Below, one piece after another: positions 1-9,585 of a stretch of 64,000 bases of DNA. Source of the stretch: an uncultured delta proteobacterium. Lineage in GTDB: Bacteria > Myxococcota > Myxococcia > SLRQ01. Made by a program: the position numbers and the translations under genes. The DNA lies in NCBI GenBank assembly GCA_963727485.1, contig CAVSGM010000003.1, positions 1-64,000 on the forward strand, read 5' to 3'. The number at the start of each line of letters is the position of its first letter. The first letter of the stretch is position 1. Under the pieces are notes generated by a model. The model was not told where the DNA came from and did not search any database. It saw only the letters and a list, made by a program, of their open reading frames with translations.

Positions 1-1
1 G

Positions 2-520
2 GACCACCTGCGGCGCCTCTACTGGGACGACGCGGACCGGCTAAGCGCGGTGGTGGACACCCAGGGCCGGCGGGTGACGCGGTTCGTGTACGACGCGGGC
101 GGGAACCGGGTGATCAAGGAGGGTCACCTCGGCACCAGCATCACGGTGGGCCCGTACTTCAACCTGCGGCGGAACCGGCTGGCGAGCGTGCACGTGATGG
201 TGGGCGCGACGCGGATCGCGACGCACCTCGAGGGGGTGCACGGGTGGGGGGCGCAGGGCCCGACGGCACACCCGGGGTCAGGCGGGGGCGTGCCGGGGCA
301 GGGCACCGGTCCCCAGAACACCAACGGCTGCGATCCGAGCAACTACCAGCCGCAGAAGTGCCCCATCGACGCGAGCGGGAGCCCGATCGCGGTGAGCGGG
401 GGCGACGAGGTGGGCCGGCCGCACACATACTTCTACCACCCGGACCCCCTGGGCTCGACGAGCTGGGTGACGGACGAGGCGGGACGCGAAGAACGACGCG
501 GAGGGGCCGCGGCTCATTGA
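2..520 (+). pseudogene. 3' part of an RHS/YD-repeat protein, truncated before the RHS core end and toxin tip; runs off the window 5' end
   Basis: Frame is open from position 2 (DHLRRLYWDDADRLSAVVD...FVYDAGGNRVIK...YFYHPDPLGSTSWVTDEAG). It stops at TGA 518-520 about 11 codons later, with no YxPFGE or PxxxxDPxG motif. Confidence 0.75.
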
Positions 521-1711
521 CCCACGATTACCCGGACCGCCGGCGCCGCGGCCCCGAGGTGCTCGGCGACGCCCGCGGCGAGGTCGGGATTGGCCAGCGC
601 CGCCGGCACCCGGATCTCCACCGCATCCAGCCCGGGGAAGATCCGATTCCGCAGCCACGCCGCGAACCGGCTCGGCCCCGGCGGCGACGCCGCCGGCCCG
701 TAGCCCACCATCGCCACCAGCCGGCCGTCGCGCACCGCCACGAAGGGCGCTGCCTGCACCACCTCCGGCGCGCCGGCACCGGCGAGGGCCAGGGCGAGGC
801 GAGGCCGGCCGGGGTAGGGCGCGAGAATCGGCGCCGAGGCGCAGCTTGTGGATGAGCACCCCGTCCTCGAGGGAGGCGGAGCACAGGCCCAGGTCCACCG
901 CCGCGTGCCCGGTCTGAAGGGCGTGGCCCACCACCGCCAGCTCCAGGGCCGCCGTGGCCTCGCCCCGCTCCGAGGCCGAGAGGGTGTCGGAGTCGGTGAG
1001 GCCGAGCTTGGCCCACGTCAGGACCCCGGGCTCGCTGCGCGGGGTGTAGACCAGGGCCCCGCCCACCATCCGCCCCCGCCGATGGACCAGGAGCAGGGCG
1101 CCCCGGCGCGAGACCAGGCGCATCAGCTCCGCCTCCGGCTCGAGGTGTGCCCGGGTGCCGAAGCGGCACACCGCCTGGGGCACGTAGAGCTCCCGGTAGA
1201 AGCGGTCGAGGTCCGCCGGGTCCCGGGTCACCGTGACCGCGCCGTCCTCCCGGTGGAGGCGGCGGAGGCGCGAGCGCAGCTGGCGGCTGCGCACCTGGTC
1301 GAGCCAGGCGTCCACCGAGCCGCTCAGGGCGAGGCGGGCGCGGAGGTACGGGGCCACCACCAGGTGCCCGTCGAGGCCGGTGGCCAGGCCCGGGACCAGG
1401 TCCACCAGGCGCACCGCGGCCAACGACGCCTGGGCCACCGCCTGGGCCCGCCGGGCGAGGAGCCCCGGGAGGCTGCCGTCGAAGCGCATCGCCACCTCGG
1501 GTGGCGCGTGGGCGAAGAAGGTGACCAGGGCCTGCTCGAGGTGGCGCTGCCGCCCCAGGACGTGGACGGTCAGCGGATTCCCACCGCCCGGCCGACCGGT
1601 GGCCACGGCGTGGATCCACCCATGCCCGGCGACCAGATCTCCCCCGAACGCGGTCCCCTGGCGGATTGCCCGAGCGAGGCTCAAGGCCCTATCCTGAAAG
1701 TGCGGTGTCAT
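514..1711 (-). CDS. GNAT-fold (Acetyltransf_6/FemAB-like) protein; 1-nt frameshift at ~827
   Basis: LRSRLRRL...DLDRFYRELY...GALLLV...VDLG pattern. Removing one base from GAATC (825-829) joins ORF 278..1711 to ORF 514..762 (GADLAPYPGRPRLALALAGAGAPEVVQAAPF). Confidence 0.6.
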
Positions 1712-1785
1712 CCCCCGGCGGGGCGCCGCGTTGCGGAGACGCCCCGTGTCGAAGAATAAGCAGGATATCCCCAGGGGCGAGCCCC

Positions 1786-3066
1786 TCAGGACTTCGGGCC
1801 GTCGTCACCCTTGGGCTTCTCCCCCGGTGCCGCCTTCGCCTCCTCGGCCTCCAGCGGCGGTGGGCGCACCGGCCCGGGCTTCGGCGGCCGCACCACCTGG
1901 TCGGCGGGGCCGGCGTAGGTCTCCTCGGCGCGCAGCGGCGGGGGCACCACCGACGGCTTCGGGGGCTGGTAGCGCCGGAGGATCTCGCGCACCGCCTCCA
2001 GCGGCAGGGCCGGGGCCCGGTGGCCGTCGGCGCCCTCCATGGCCTCGGCGGCGCACAGGGCGTTGAGGATCGCCTCCTCGGTGGCCTCGATGGCCGCCTC
2101 GTAGAGGGGGTCCATGTGGGTGTCGAGGAGGACCTTGATCCGGTAGACCATCTTCCGGGTCTCCCGGGGCACGCTGTTGGCCGTGGAGAACCCGAGCACG
2201 ATCTCCCCCGACCCGTGGGCCGCGTAGGAGCCGACCCGCCCGATCCCCAGCGCCACCCGCTTGCAGAGCCGGGCGAGCTGGTGGGGCAAGAGCGGCGCGT
2301 CGGTGGAGACCACGGCGATGATGCTCCCGTAGGTGTTCTGGCGCAGCAGCTCGCCGGCGTAGGAGGGCGCGAGGATCTCGCCCACCGGGACCCCGTTCAT
2401 CCGCAGGTCGGGCATGGTGCCGAAGTTGCTCATCACCAGCACCCCGATGGTGTAGCCGCCCTCCTTCTGGGGGAGCTTGCGGGACGACGTGCCGATGCCG
2501 CCCTTGAAGTCGCAGGTGATCATCCCGGTGCCCCCGCCCACCGCGCCCTCGGGCACCGGCCCACTGGCGGCGGCCTCGATGGCGGCGCGGACGTGCTCCT
2601 CGCGGACGTGGCGGCCGGCGATGTCGTTGAGCCACGAGTCGTCGCACTCGCCGACCACCGGGATGATCACGTCGTGGGCCGAGCCGATGCCCGGGTAGGC
2701 GTCGACCATGTACTTCACGCAGGCCTCGGAGCAGGTGCCCACCGACAGGGTGTTGGTCAGCAGGATCGGCGTCTCGATGAGCCCCCACTCCATCACCTGG
2801 GTGAGCCCGGCGACCTCGCCGGCGCCGTTCAGGATGAAGCCCCCGCCGACCACCCGCTCGTAGAAGATGTTCCCGGCGTTGGGGAGGATGGCGGTGACCC
2901 CGGTGCGCACCGGGCCCCGGCCGGGCTTCAAGGGCCCGCTCCCGCGGATCACGGTCGAGTGGCCCACCCGCACCCCGGCGACGTCGGTGATGGCGTTGTA
3001 CCGCCCGGGCTTGTAGCGCCCGAGGGTGAGCCCGATGTCCCGCGCCCGCGGCCGCGCCTCAGCCAT
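1786..3066 (-). CDS. P1/S58 family peptidase (DmpA-like L-aminopeptidase/D-esterase)
   Basis: NAITDVAGVRVGH, RTGVTAILP, EGAVGGGTGM, FKGGIGTSSR, autocleavage site YG|SIIAVVSTDAPL, SGEIVLGFST. Confidence 0.93.
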   Translation of the reverse strand: MAEARPRARDIGLTLGRYKPGRYNAITDVAGVRVGHSTVIRGSGPLKPGRGPVRTGVTAILPNAGNIFYERVVGGGFILNGAGEVAGLTQVMEWGLIETPILLTNTLSVGTCSEACVKYMVDAYPGIGSAHDVIIPVVGECDDSWLNDIAGRHVREEHVRAAIEAAASGPVPEGAVGGGTGMITCDFKGGIGTSSRKLPQKEGGYTIGVLVMSNFGTMPDLRMNGVPVGEILAPSYAGELLRQNTYGSIIAVVSTDAPLLPHQLARLCKRVALGIGRVGSYAAHGSGEIVLGFSTANSVPRETRKMVYRIKVLLDTHMDPLYEAAIEATEEAILNALCAAEAMEGADGHRAPALPLEAVREILRRYQPPKPSVVPPPLRAEETYAGPADQVVRPPKPGPVRPPPLEAEEAKAAPGEKPKGDDGPKS

Positions 3067-3219
3067 GGTGGGGCTCCGGGATCGCGGGGGCGTTGCCGGG
3101 GCGCGGTGGGTGCGGGCTCGGGAGCTGGGGGCGCGAGGTACAGGCAGTCATGGCTCTGCTTGTATCCCGTCCACGGCGCCAGGCAATGGCGCGCGGGGAT
3201 TGGTCCGGCCGGCGCCGGC

Positions 3220-5280
3220 TCAGCGCCGGAAGGTCACCTCGCCGTCGCAGATCGTGACCTGCGCGTGCAGGTCCCCGGGCGCGGCGTCGTCGCGGCGCCC
3301 GTCGAGGCACCCGTCGAGGATCACCAGGTCCGCCATCATCCCGGTCTCCACGCGCCCCAGCCGATCCTCGAGGTGCTCCACCACCGCGGTGCTGGCGGAG
3401 AAGCCGTCGAGGGCCTGCTTCACCGAGAGGCTCTGGTCCTTCATCCCCTCGGCCCAGGGCTTGCGGTCCACCGCGTGCTGGGCGGCCCGGAGGCAGTCGC
3501 AGGAGACGATGGGCCAGTCGCTCCCCAGGACCAGGGGCACCCCGGTCCCCAGGAGGGTCTGCCAGAGGAACGCCCGGTCCCAGCGATCCTTCGGCACCGT
3601 CTGGTGCCACAGGGTGACGGGCTCGCGCTCGTGGAACGGCTGCATCGAGGGGACCACCTCCAGCTCCCGGAACCGGGGGAGGTCGGCGGGGTCGCACAGC
3701 TCGATGTGCTCGATCCGGTGGCGCACCGCCCGGCCCCGCTTCCCGGTGGCGTCGGCGTTGGCCTTGCGGGCCGCGGCGATGGCGTCGAGCATGGCGTGGA
3801 CCGCGCCGTCGCCGATGGAGTGGGCGGCGACCTGGAGCCCGGCGCGGTCGGCGGCGGCGACCACCTGGTCGATCTCGTCCTGGGAGAAGGCGGGGATCCC
3901 CTCGCCCGGCGTCTCGTCCAGGCGGTAGGCGGTGTGCTTCTCCACCACCCCGTCCATGAACGCCTTCACCGCCTGGATCCACACCCGGCCCGTCGCCGGG
4001 AGGGTGTCGGCGTGGCCCGCGGCCACCCGCGCCTGGCGCCGCTGCTGGTGGGGGGCCACGTGGGTCTGGTAGGCCAGCGCGTGGACCTGCTTCGCGTGCT
4101 CGGCGAGGGCACCCGCGTGGCGGTGGTCCTTGAGGCCGGGCTTCTGCCCGGTCATCTGGGCCATGGAGTCGTCGCGCTTGCCGGAGACCTGCTCGAGCTG
4201 GTCGAGGAGCAGCGCGTGGACCTCGCCGTAGGTGCGCCCCTCCCGGCGGCCGTCGACGAGGGCCCGGGCGGCGGCGGCCGCCTCCTCGACGTCGGTGAGC
4301 ATGTGCTCGTCCGGGAGCACCGAGTAGGAGCTGAACACCCGCAGCGGCAGCCGCCCCTGCTGCTCGAGCTCGAGGAGGAGCAGGAGGATCTCGATGTCCT
4401 CCTCCGGGGAGCCGAGGCCCATGTTGTGGACCCGGGTGATCCCGAACTCGGCGAGGCTCGCGCAGGTCTCTTCCAGGTAGTCGAGCTTCTCCTCGGCGGT
4501 GAGGGGGAAGTGGTGGTGGAGCACCCCCTCCACCAGGAAGTAGACCGGGGGCTCGCGCAGCTCGCCCGAGGGCGCCCCGTCGTCGCCGAGGATGAGGTTC
4601 TCCTTCAGGTCGAGGACCTCGAGGAGCTCGGGGTAGGGCGGCACCGGTCCCCGGAGGCCGGCCATCTGAAGGGCCCGGGTGTTGGCCCAGGCGGTGTGGA
4701 GGTCGTGGGCGTAGACGAAGAGCGGCCGCTCGGTCTCGATCTCGTCGAGGAACTGCCGCGCCGTCCGGGCGGGGATCAGCGGCGGATCGGTGTAGTGGAC
4801 CCCGTAGACGTGGAGGACCTCCTTGTCCGGGTGGTCCTCGGCGTAGCGGCGCAGGCGGTCCTTCAGGGCCTCCGGGTCGCGCACCTCCTCGACGTCGCAG
4901 CCCTGGAGGCGCTCGGCGCCGACCAGGAGGTGCACGTGGGCGTCGCACAGGCCCGGGAGCACCGTGTGGCCCCCGGCGTCGAGGGTCTCGGTGTCCGGAC
5001 CCACGAACGCCCCGGCCCCGTCGTCGTCGCCGACGAAGCTCAAGACCCCGCCGGTGATCGCCAGGGTGACCGGGCGGTCCGGATCCTCGAGCAGCCGGGC
5101 GCCCCGGATCACCAGGTCCGCGGGGCCGGGCGCGGCGGTGGGGGCCGGGACCGACGCCGGGTGATCGAGGGGGGCGCCCCGGTGCTTCGGCTGGTGCAGC
5201 TGCTTGGGCCCGGTCGCGAGCCCGTGGGCCGTCCGGTGCAGGGCGCCCCGGACCTTCTCGTATCCACGGATGAGCGTCAT
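3220..5280 (-). CDS. Amidohydrolase 3 family (YtcJ-like) metallohydrolase
   Basis: VLPGLCDAHVH, HTAWANTRAL, KAFMDG, AAHSIGD, RHRIEH, LGSDWP, GMMADLVILD. ATG at 5280 chosen; alternative start at 5316. Confidence 0.9.
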   Translation of the reverse strand: MTLIRGYEKVRGALHRTAHGLATGPKQLHQPKHRGAPLDHPASVPAPTAAPGPADLVIRGARLLEDPDRPVTLAITGGVLSFVGDDDGAGAFVGPDTETLDAGGHTVLPGLCDAHVHLLVGAERLQGCDVEEVRDPEALKDRLRRYAEDHPDKEVLHVYGVHYTDPPLIPARTARQFLDEIETERPLFVYAHDLHTAWANTRALQMAGLRGPVPPYPELLEVLDLKENLILGDDGAPSGELREPPVYFLVEGVLHHHFPLTAEEKLDYLEETCASLAEFGITRVHNMGLGSPEEDIEILLLLLELEQQGRLPLRVFSSYSVLPDEHMLTDVEEAAAAARALVDGRREGRTYGEVHALLLDQLEQVSGKRDDSMAQMTGQKPGLKDHRHAGALAEHAKQVHALAYQTHVAPHQQRRQARVAAGHADTLPATGRVWIQAVKAFMDGVVEKHTAYRLDETPGEGIPAFSQDEIDQVVAAADRAGLQVAAHSIGDGAVHAMLDAIAAARKANADATGKRGRAVRHRIEHIELCDPADLPRFRELEVVPSMQPFHEREPVTLWHQTVPKDRWDRAFLWQTLLGTGVPLVLGSDWPIVSCDCLRAAQHAVDRKPWAEGMKDQSLSVKQALDGFSASTAVVEHLEDRLGRVETGMMADLVILDGCLDGRRDDAAPGDLHAQVTICDGEVTFRR

Positions 5281-5312
5281 GGGCGCGAACCCTACACGCT
5301 CACCCGCGGACT

Positions 5313-7363
5313 TCAACCGGGCGCCGGATTACTTCGCCGGCTGGCGCGCACCTGCTCCCGCCACCTGCGGATTGCCGGCGCCAGGATCTCGCCCACCAGC
5401 GTCCGGTAGTCCATCCCCGCGCTCTCGGCGATGAGGCACAGATCCGACCACCCCGGGGTCAGCCCCGGCAGGGGGTTGCACTCGATGAAGTTGACCTTGC
5501 CGTCGGCGTCGAGGCGCAGATCCACCCGGGCCACGTCCCGGCACCCGAGCGCCTGGAACGCCGTGCGCGCCGCCCGCTCGATCTCCTTGAGCAGGGGCGG
5601 GTCGACCTTCGCCGGCGCGTCGTAGCGGATCTCCTGGGACCAGTCGAGCTTGTGGTCGAAGGTGTAGATGGGCCGCGGGTTGTCCGGGTCGAGGAACACG
5701 ATCTCCATGGGCGGGAGCACCTTGGGGCGCCGCTCCCCGAGGAGGCCCACGGTGAACTCCCGGCCGGTGAGGAACTGCTCCACCAGCGCGCCCTGGCGGT
5801 AGCGGCCCGCCATCTCCCGGGCCACCTCCCGCAGCTGGGCCTCGTCCTCGACCACGCTCGAGGGGAGCACGCCCTTGCTCGACCCCTCGGCGACCGGCTT
5901 GACCATCGCCGGGAACCGGAAGCCCTTGGGGAGGCGCTCCTTGCCGGTGGTCATCACCAAGAACGCCGGGGTCGCCACCCCCGCCTGGGCCACGATGCGC
6001 TTGGCGAGGCCCTTGTCCAGGGCCAGCGAGAGGGCCGCCGGGTCCGAGCCGGTGTAGGGGATGTCGACGAGCTCGAGGAGGGCGGGGATCTGGGACTCGC
6101 GGTTGCGGCCCTTGATGCCCTCGGCGATGTTGAAGGCCACGTCCACCTGGCTGGCGGCGACGATCTGGGGCAGCTCCGGGGTCGCCTCGAGCTCGACCAC
6201 CTCGTGGCCGAAGGAGGCGATGGCCGCCTTGATGGCCTCGATGGTCTTGGGCGCGTCGTACTCGGCCTCGGTGTCCTCGGCGCCCCCGGCCACGGGCCTC
6301 ACCCGCTTCATGTTGAAGGCGAGGCCCACCCGGAGGTTCTTCCGGATCCGCTTGGGCGTGGGCCTCACCTCGACCCCCTGGCGGCCGGCGGCGCTCCTGA
6401 CCACCGCGTCGAGGACCGCGTCCATGCTCTTGAGCCCGGCCCGCTCGGCCGAGAGGTAGAGCCCGGCGCCGGGCTCGAGGCTCGGCAGGGCGTTCATCTC
6501 GATGAAGTACACGCTGCCCGTCGTCGGTGATCCGGTAGTCGATGCGCCCGAGGTCCCGGATCCCCAGGACCTGGAAGGCCTTGCGGCTCGACGGCCTCGA
6601 CCTCGGCGGCGACCTTGGGGTCGAGGTCGGCGGGGCAGCGCACGCTCACCGCGTCGGAGAGCGTCTGCTTCAGCTCGTAGTCGTAGATCCGGTAGCGGCG
6701 CCCGGCGGTGGCCTTGGGGTCGAAGTCGTACTCGCAGGCGGCGAGCACCCCGCCGGTGGCCGCCGAGGCCCGCTCCAGCATCGGCACCACCACGTCCCGG
6801 CCCACGATGTACTCCTCGATGAGCAGCCCGGTGGGGTAGCGGGCCAGCAGCTCCTTCACCCGCGTCTCGAGGCCGGCCCGGTCCTCGACGATGGAGTCCT
6901 GGGTGATGCCCTTGCTCGATCCCTCGAAGTTCGGCTTGACCATCAGGGGGTAGCGCAGGTCGTCCGGCAGCGGCGTCTTGGGATCGTCGACGAAGGCCCA
7001 GCCTGGCGTGGGGATCCCGTGGCGGGCCACCAGCATCTTGGTGAGCTGCTTGTCCAGGGTCAGGGCGCAGACGTAGGCGTCGGAGCCGGTGTAGGGGATC
7101 GAGAGGTGCTCGAAGAGGCCCGGGTAGAAGGCCTCGCGGTAGCGACCGGAGCGCCCCTCGGCGGTGTTGAACACCAGGTCCGGGGACAGGGCCTCGAGGC
7201 GGGCCACCGTCCGGGACGCCGGGCCGCTGACCTCCACCGGCTCCACCTGGTGGCCGAGGCGGGCGAGGGCCTCGGAGAGGGCGTCGACGGTGGCGGGGGT
7301 GTCGAACTCCGCCTCCTCCTCGGTGGGATGGAGCTGGAGGTTGTGGGTGAAGGCGATGCGCAT
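5313..7363 (-). CDS. Tandem double ATP-grasp (D-Ala-D-Ala ligase-like) protein; two 1-nt frameshifts at ~6590 and ~6520
   Basis: Two homologous units (FNTAEG...IPYTGSD...LDK...VKPNFEGSSKGI and FNIAEG...IPYTGSD...LDK...VKPVAEGSSKGV...IECNPLPGL). The bridging frame reads SRKAFQVLGIRDLGRIDYRITDDGSVYFIEMNALPSL. Confidence 0.8.
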
Positions 7364-7423
7364 GGTCGCGAGCATAGGGTGCTCGCGCCGGACGGCCAAG
7401 ACGCCGCGGGCCTGGGGGGCCGC

Positions 7424-8023
7424 TCAGCGACCGAGGAAGAGCCGCAGCCCGACGAGCACCAGGCTCAGGGTCTTGAGCTCGGCGGTCCCCGGGTCGCCGT
7501 CGTGGAGCACGACCCCCCCGGAGCCGGCGGCGCTCCCGGAGAGGAAGTTGCTCCCGGCCATCTGGTCCAGGCCCGGGGCGCAGCCCGCGCAGGCCAGCCC
7601 CTGGACGGTGGTCACCCCCAGGTCGGCGTCCCGGCGCTCGCCGCAGCCGGGGCACACGAAGGTGAGGTCCTCGCGGGTGGGGTCGGCGTCCGCCCGGGCG
7701 AGCGCCACCGCCCCGGCGAGGCGCTCGAGCTCCCCGGCGTCGAGGTAGATCGCCGCGCACGAAGGGCACAGGTCCACGGTGACCGCCCCCGCCCGAGCCG
7801 GGGCCAGGGACGCCCCGCAGCCGGCGCAGATCCGCTCGCCGGGGTGGCCCCCGGGGGTGATGTCGACCGCATGGCCGACCACCCGGTCGAGCTCGCCCCG
7901 GTCGAGGAACACCCCGCCGCAGAAGAAGCAGCGCTCCAGCTCGACCTCCCCGGCGTGGAAGGTCTGCATGGCGCTCTGGCAGCCGGGGCAGACCCGGCGC
8001 GGCGTGTCGGTCGTGGCGCTCAT
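7424..8023 (-). CDS. zf-TFIIB-like multi zinc-ribbon protein
   Basis: CPGC...CFFCGGVFLDRGEL, CAGC...CPSCAAIYLDAGEL, CPGC...CAGC. Confidence 0.8.
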   Translation of the reverse strand: MSATTDTPRRVCPGCQSAMQTFHAGEVELERCFFCGGVFLDRGELDRVVGHAVDITPGGHPGERICAGCGASLAPARAGAVTVDLCPSCAAIYLDAGELERLAGAVALARADADPTREDLTFVCPGCGERRDADLGVTTVQGLACAGCAPGLDQMAGSNFLSGSAAGSGGVVLHDGDPGTAELKTLSLVLVGLRLFLGR

Positions 8024-8026
8024 GGC

Positions 8027-8890
8027 TCAAGCATAGCCGACGACCAGCCGCTCCTCGAACCGGCCGTTCGCCAGCGGCCGGCGCCGCGCGTAGCGTGCCG
8101 CCCAGTCGCGCAGCCCGGTGTCCGAGGCGACCTCGAGGCCCGCGGCGCGGATCAGGCCCGCCATCTCGGCCTCGGGCAGCAGGCCCACGAAGGGCTCGCC
8201 CAACCGGTCGACCAGGTGGCCCACCGCCGCCAGGGGGCCCCCCTCGAAGCGCCCTCGGGGCGGGATGTAGGTCACCGCGATCCGGCTGCCCTTGGCCATG
8301 GCCCGGGCCACGGCCTTCAGGGTGTCCCCGGTGACCTCGGGGGGCAGGTAGGGGGTGACGCCCTCGAGGACGAGGAACGCCGGGGCGCCGGTGTCGTAGC
8401 CGGCCCTGGCGAGGGCCGCGCCGGGATCGTCCACCGCGAAGTCCACCGGGACGTAGGTGAGCGACCCGGCCTTCAGGGGCAGCGAGGCGGCCCGCTCGCG
8501 CTTGAGGGCCTGGGTCCCCGGGCGGTCGAGCTCGAAGACCCGGGTGCCCGCCAGGGTCTCCAGGCGGTGGGCCCGGCCGTCGAGACCGGCGCCGAGGAGC
8601 ACCAGCTGCCTCGCCCCGGCGGCGTGGGCCTCGCCCCAGGCGTCGTCGATGGCCCGGGTGCGCAGCGGCAGGAGGTCGAAGCCCCCGAGGGTCACCCACC
8701 ACAGGGCCCGGCCCAGGACCGGGGCCCGGGTCAGCGGCACGGCGGCGAGGCGGGTGAGCTCGCCCACCGGGCCCGGGAGGAGCACCCGGGCGGTGGGGTC
8801 GGCGAAGTCCCGGACCTGGGTGAGGCCGGCGTCGGCCAGCCCCCGGAGGGCGGCGACCAGGGTGGAGGTGCGGCTGGGCCGGTCGGGCAT
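8027..8890 (-). CDS. SAM-dependent methyltransferase, LCM/TIGR00027-like family
   Basis: RTRAID, QLVLLGAGLDGRAHRL, VFELD, VPVDF, LEGVTPYL. Confidence 0.88.
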   Translation of the reverse strand: MPDRPSRTSTLVAALRGLADAGLTQVRDFADPTARVLLPGPVGELTRLAAVPLTRAPVLGRALWWVTLGGFDLLPLRTRAIDDAWGEAHAAGARQLVLLGAGLDGRAHRLETLAGTRVFELDRPGTQALKRERAASLPLKAGSLTYVPVDFAVDDPGAALARAGYDTGAPAFLVLEGVTPYLPPEVTGDTLKAVARAMAKGSRIAVTYIPPRGRFEGGPLAAVGHLVDRLGEPFVGLLPEAEMAGLIRAAGLEVASDTGLRDWAARYARRRPLANGRFEERLVVGYA

Positions 8891-8947
8891 GGGCGCATCC
8901 TACCCGCCCTTGGCCGGCCCCGGGGGACGGTCCTATGCTCCCCGGTC

Positions 8948-9544
8948 GTGCCCCCCAATCTCACCGCCCTCAAGTCCCGCCTCGCCGGCCGCCCCCGCCG
9001 GGCCATGGCGCGCCCGGCCGCGGCGGCGGTCCTGGTGCCGGTGGTGGACGACGGAGGCCCCCGGCGCCTGATCCTCACCCGGCGCACCGAGCACCTGCCC
9101 ACCCACGCCGGCCAGGTGGCCTTCCCCGGCGGCGGCATCGACCCGGGCGACCAGGGCCCGGTGGACGCGGCGCTCCGGGAGGCCCGCGAGGAGATCGGCC
9201 TGCCCCCGTCCCGGGTGGAGGTGCTGGGCCTCCTCGACGACTTTCCCACGGTCACCGACCGGGTGGTGGTGACCCCGGTGGTCGGACGGCTGGTCGAGGT
9301 CCCGAAGCTCGTCCCCGAGCCCGGGGAGGTGGCGCGGATCTTCTCCATCCCCGTCGCCGACCTCCTCGACCCGTCGGGGTGGCGCACCCAGGACTTCGAG
9401 CGCGGCGGGCGCACCTGGCCGGTCTACTTCTTCGACTACGACGGGGAGACCCTCTGGGGGCTCTCGGCGTACATCGTGCTCCACCTCCTGGACCTGCTCC
9501 CCGAGGGGGCGCCCTTCGCGCTGCCCCCGGCGCGCGTCGGATGA
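8948..9544 (+). CDS. Nudix CoA pyrophosphatase (NudL-like)
   Basis: AAVLVP...LILTRR...HAGQVAFPGG...AALREAREEIGL...LWGLSA. GTG start at 8948 within the 6542..9544 frame. Confidence 0.9.
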   Translation: MPPNLTALKSRLAGRPRRAMARPAAAAVLVPVVDDGGPRRLILTRRTEHLPTHAGQVAFPGGGIDPGDQGPVDAALREAREEIGLPPSRVEVLGLLDDFPTVTDRVVVTPVVGRLVEVPKLVPEPGEVARIFSIPVADLLDPSGWRTQDFERGGRTWPVYFFDYDGETLWGLSAYIVLHLLDLLPEGAPFALPPARVG

Positions 9545-9585
9545 ACCCGCCGCGGCCGGTCGTCGCGGGCGGCACCAGCGGGGAA

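Noticed and set aside
5313..7363. Housekeeping ddl
   Set aside because: Duplicated domains, no GGxSxE motif and no dcw context, so no gene symbol was assigned.
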